Source: an uncultured Methanosarcinales archaeon
Lineage (GTDB): Archaea; Nanobdellota; Nanobdellia; Woesearchaeales; CAZXZL01
DNA: 35,501 bases
Assembly: GCA_964645415.1 (NCBI GenBank)
Contig: CAZXZL010000005.1
Coordinates: 1 to 35,501 of the forward strand
Direction of reading: 5' to 3'
Positions 35,012 through 35,501 of this stretch are shown here, one piece after another; position 1 is the stretch's first letter, and each line of letters opens with the position of its first letter. Below the pieces are notes generated by a model. It was not told where the DNA came from, ran no database searches, and saw nothing but the letters and a program-made list of their open reading frames with translations. A program made the position numbers and the translations under genes.

Positions 35012-35293
35012 TGTTGAATTTTTATAAATTCTATTTCTTTTTATTTCAATTTTTATCAATTACTAAAAACAAAGTTTTTAGAATAATTAAAAGTGTAACT
35101 TTTAAAACCAAAAAAAAAGTAAATTTTTTTGAGTATAGAAAAGCTATGCTTTTCGTATAAATTGGTAAGGATGGTACTATACTTTGTATAGCACGGTAGT
35201 TTCTATTAAATTTTATTTCTTTTTGTTTCTTTTTCCATTAGTATTTTTTTTCTTAGATGATTTTGATTTCTACTTCCTTTAGCTAAAACGAAT
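35012..35293 (+). repeat. Dispersed intergenic repeat, locus B (sub-units B1 approx. 35012-35110 and B2 35164-35293)
   Basis: See locus A. It has the same order and orientation and includes the covarying hairpin at 35174-35194. Confidence 0.8.
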
Positions 35294-35348
35294 ACATATT
35301 ACTAAACTAAAGTTTAGAACTTATTAAATTAAAAATTTAAAAGTGACT

Positions 35349-35490
35349 AAAATCAAAGATTTTCTAACTATTGAAAATAAAGTTTTCAAAGCGAAGAAAA
35401 ACAAAGAGTTTTTTATGTTGTTTAAATCAAAGATTTAAAAGGTTAGTGAAATCAAAAGATTTCTCACCTTGAAAAAAACAAAGTTTTTTT
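35349..35490. repeat. Array of mini-palindromes (AAAATC-AAA-GATTTT and AAAAC-AAA-GTTTT types)
   Basis: The units are aaaatcaaagatttt 35349-35363, aaaataaagtttt 35374-35386, aaaaacaaagagttttt approx. 35396-35413, aaatcaaagattt 35424-35436, gaaatcaaaagatttc 35448-35463 and aaaaaaacaaagttttttt 35472-35490. Upstream there are also aaaacaaagtttt 35066-35078 and aaaagtgtaactttt 35089-35103. Confidence 0.7.
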
Positions 35491-35501
35491 CTTAGTTTCG
35501 A

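Noticed and set aside
35340-35495. CRISPR-like array
   Set aside because: The repeated units are only 13-19 bp, imperfect, irregularly spaced and themselves A/T-run palindromes. There are no unique spacers of about 30 bp and no cas genes in the window.

Overview
This is a very AT-rich (about one quarter G+C by eye), gene-dense window that looks like a small-genome DPANN-type archaeon. Archaeal marker genes include aRF1 (NIKS and GGQ motifs), CDP-archaeol synthase CarS, an archaeal-type cytidylate kinase, PyrB/PyrI, a CDP-alcohol phosphatidyltransferase, a short SlyD-like FKBP, Hsp20, a TRAM protein, TatD, a GT2 glycosyltransferase, a U32 peptidase and tRNA-Cys(GCA). Many genes carry an AGGTGAT-type Shine-Dalgarno sequence, an AA(C/T)ATTTATAAA TATA-like box and a T-run/C/T-run oligo-T terminator. 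No CRISPR array, transposase, integrase or rRNA was seen.

Four things are not explained by housekeeping content:
1. A six-member paralogous family of about 190-243 aa cytoplasmic proteins of unknown function lies between 2.9 and 11.0 kb. Two members are tightly coupled to unrelated large K/N-rich partner genes, and three sit in a back-to-back tandem array.
2. A three-gene secreted module lies at 16.8-20.9 kb. Two paralogous beta-strand-rich, porin-like proteins with bacterial-OMP-like C-terminal aromatic strands flank a membrane-anchored SLT-type lytic transglycosylase. This is unexpected in an archaeon and is a candidate host-envelope interaction or attack system.
3. A rearrangement scar is marked by a direct repeat of about 150 bp and about 90% identity, with copies about 3.0 kb apart. 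It grafts the last 30 codons and the 3' flank of the porin-like gene onto an unrelated 472-aa ORF. Next to it are a truncated dph2 relic and a degenerate HAM1/ITPase-like gene.
4. A dispersed intergenic repeat family has colinear copies of about 275 bp at 27.0-27.3 kb and 35.0-35.3 kb, with weaker partial copies at 5.2 and 15.0 kb. It contains a hairpin with compensatory substitutions, and there are arrays of AAATC-N3-4-GATTT and AAAAC-AAA-GTTTT mini-palindromes.

All functional calls come from motif recognition by eye. No database search was possible.
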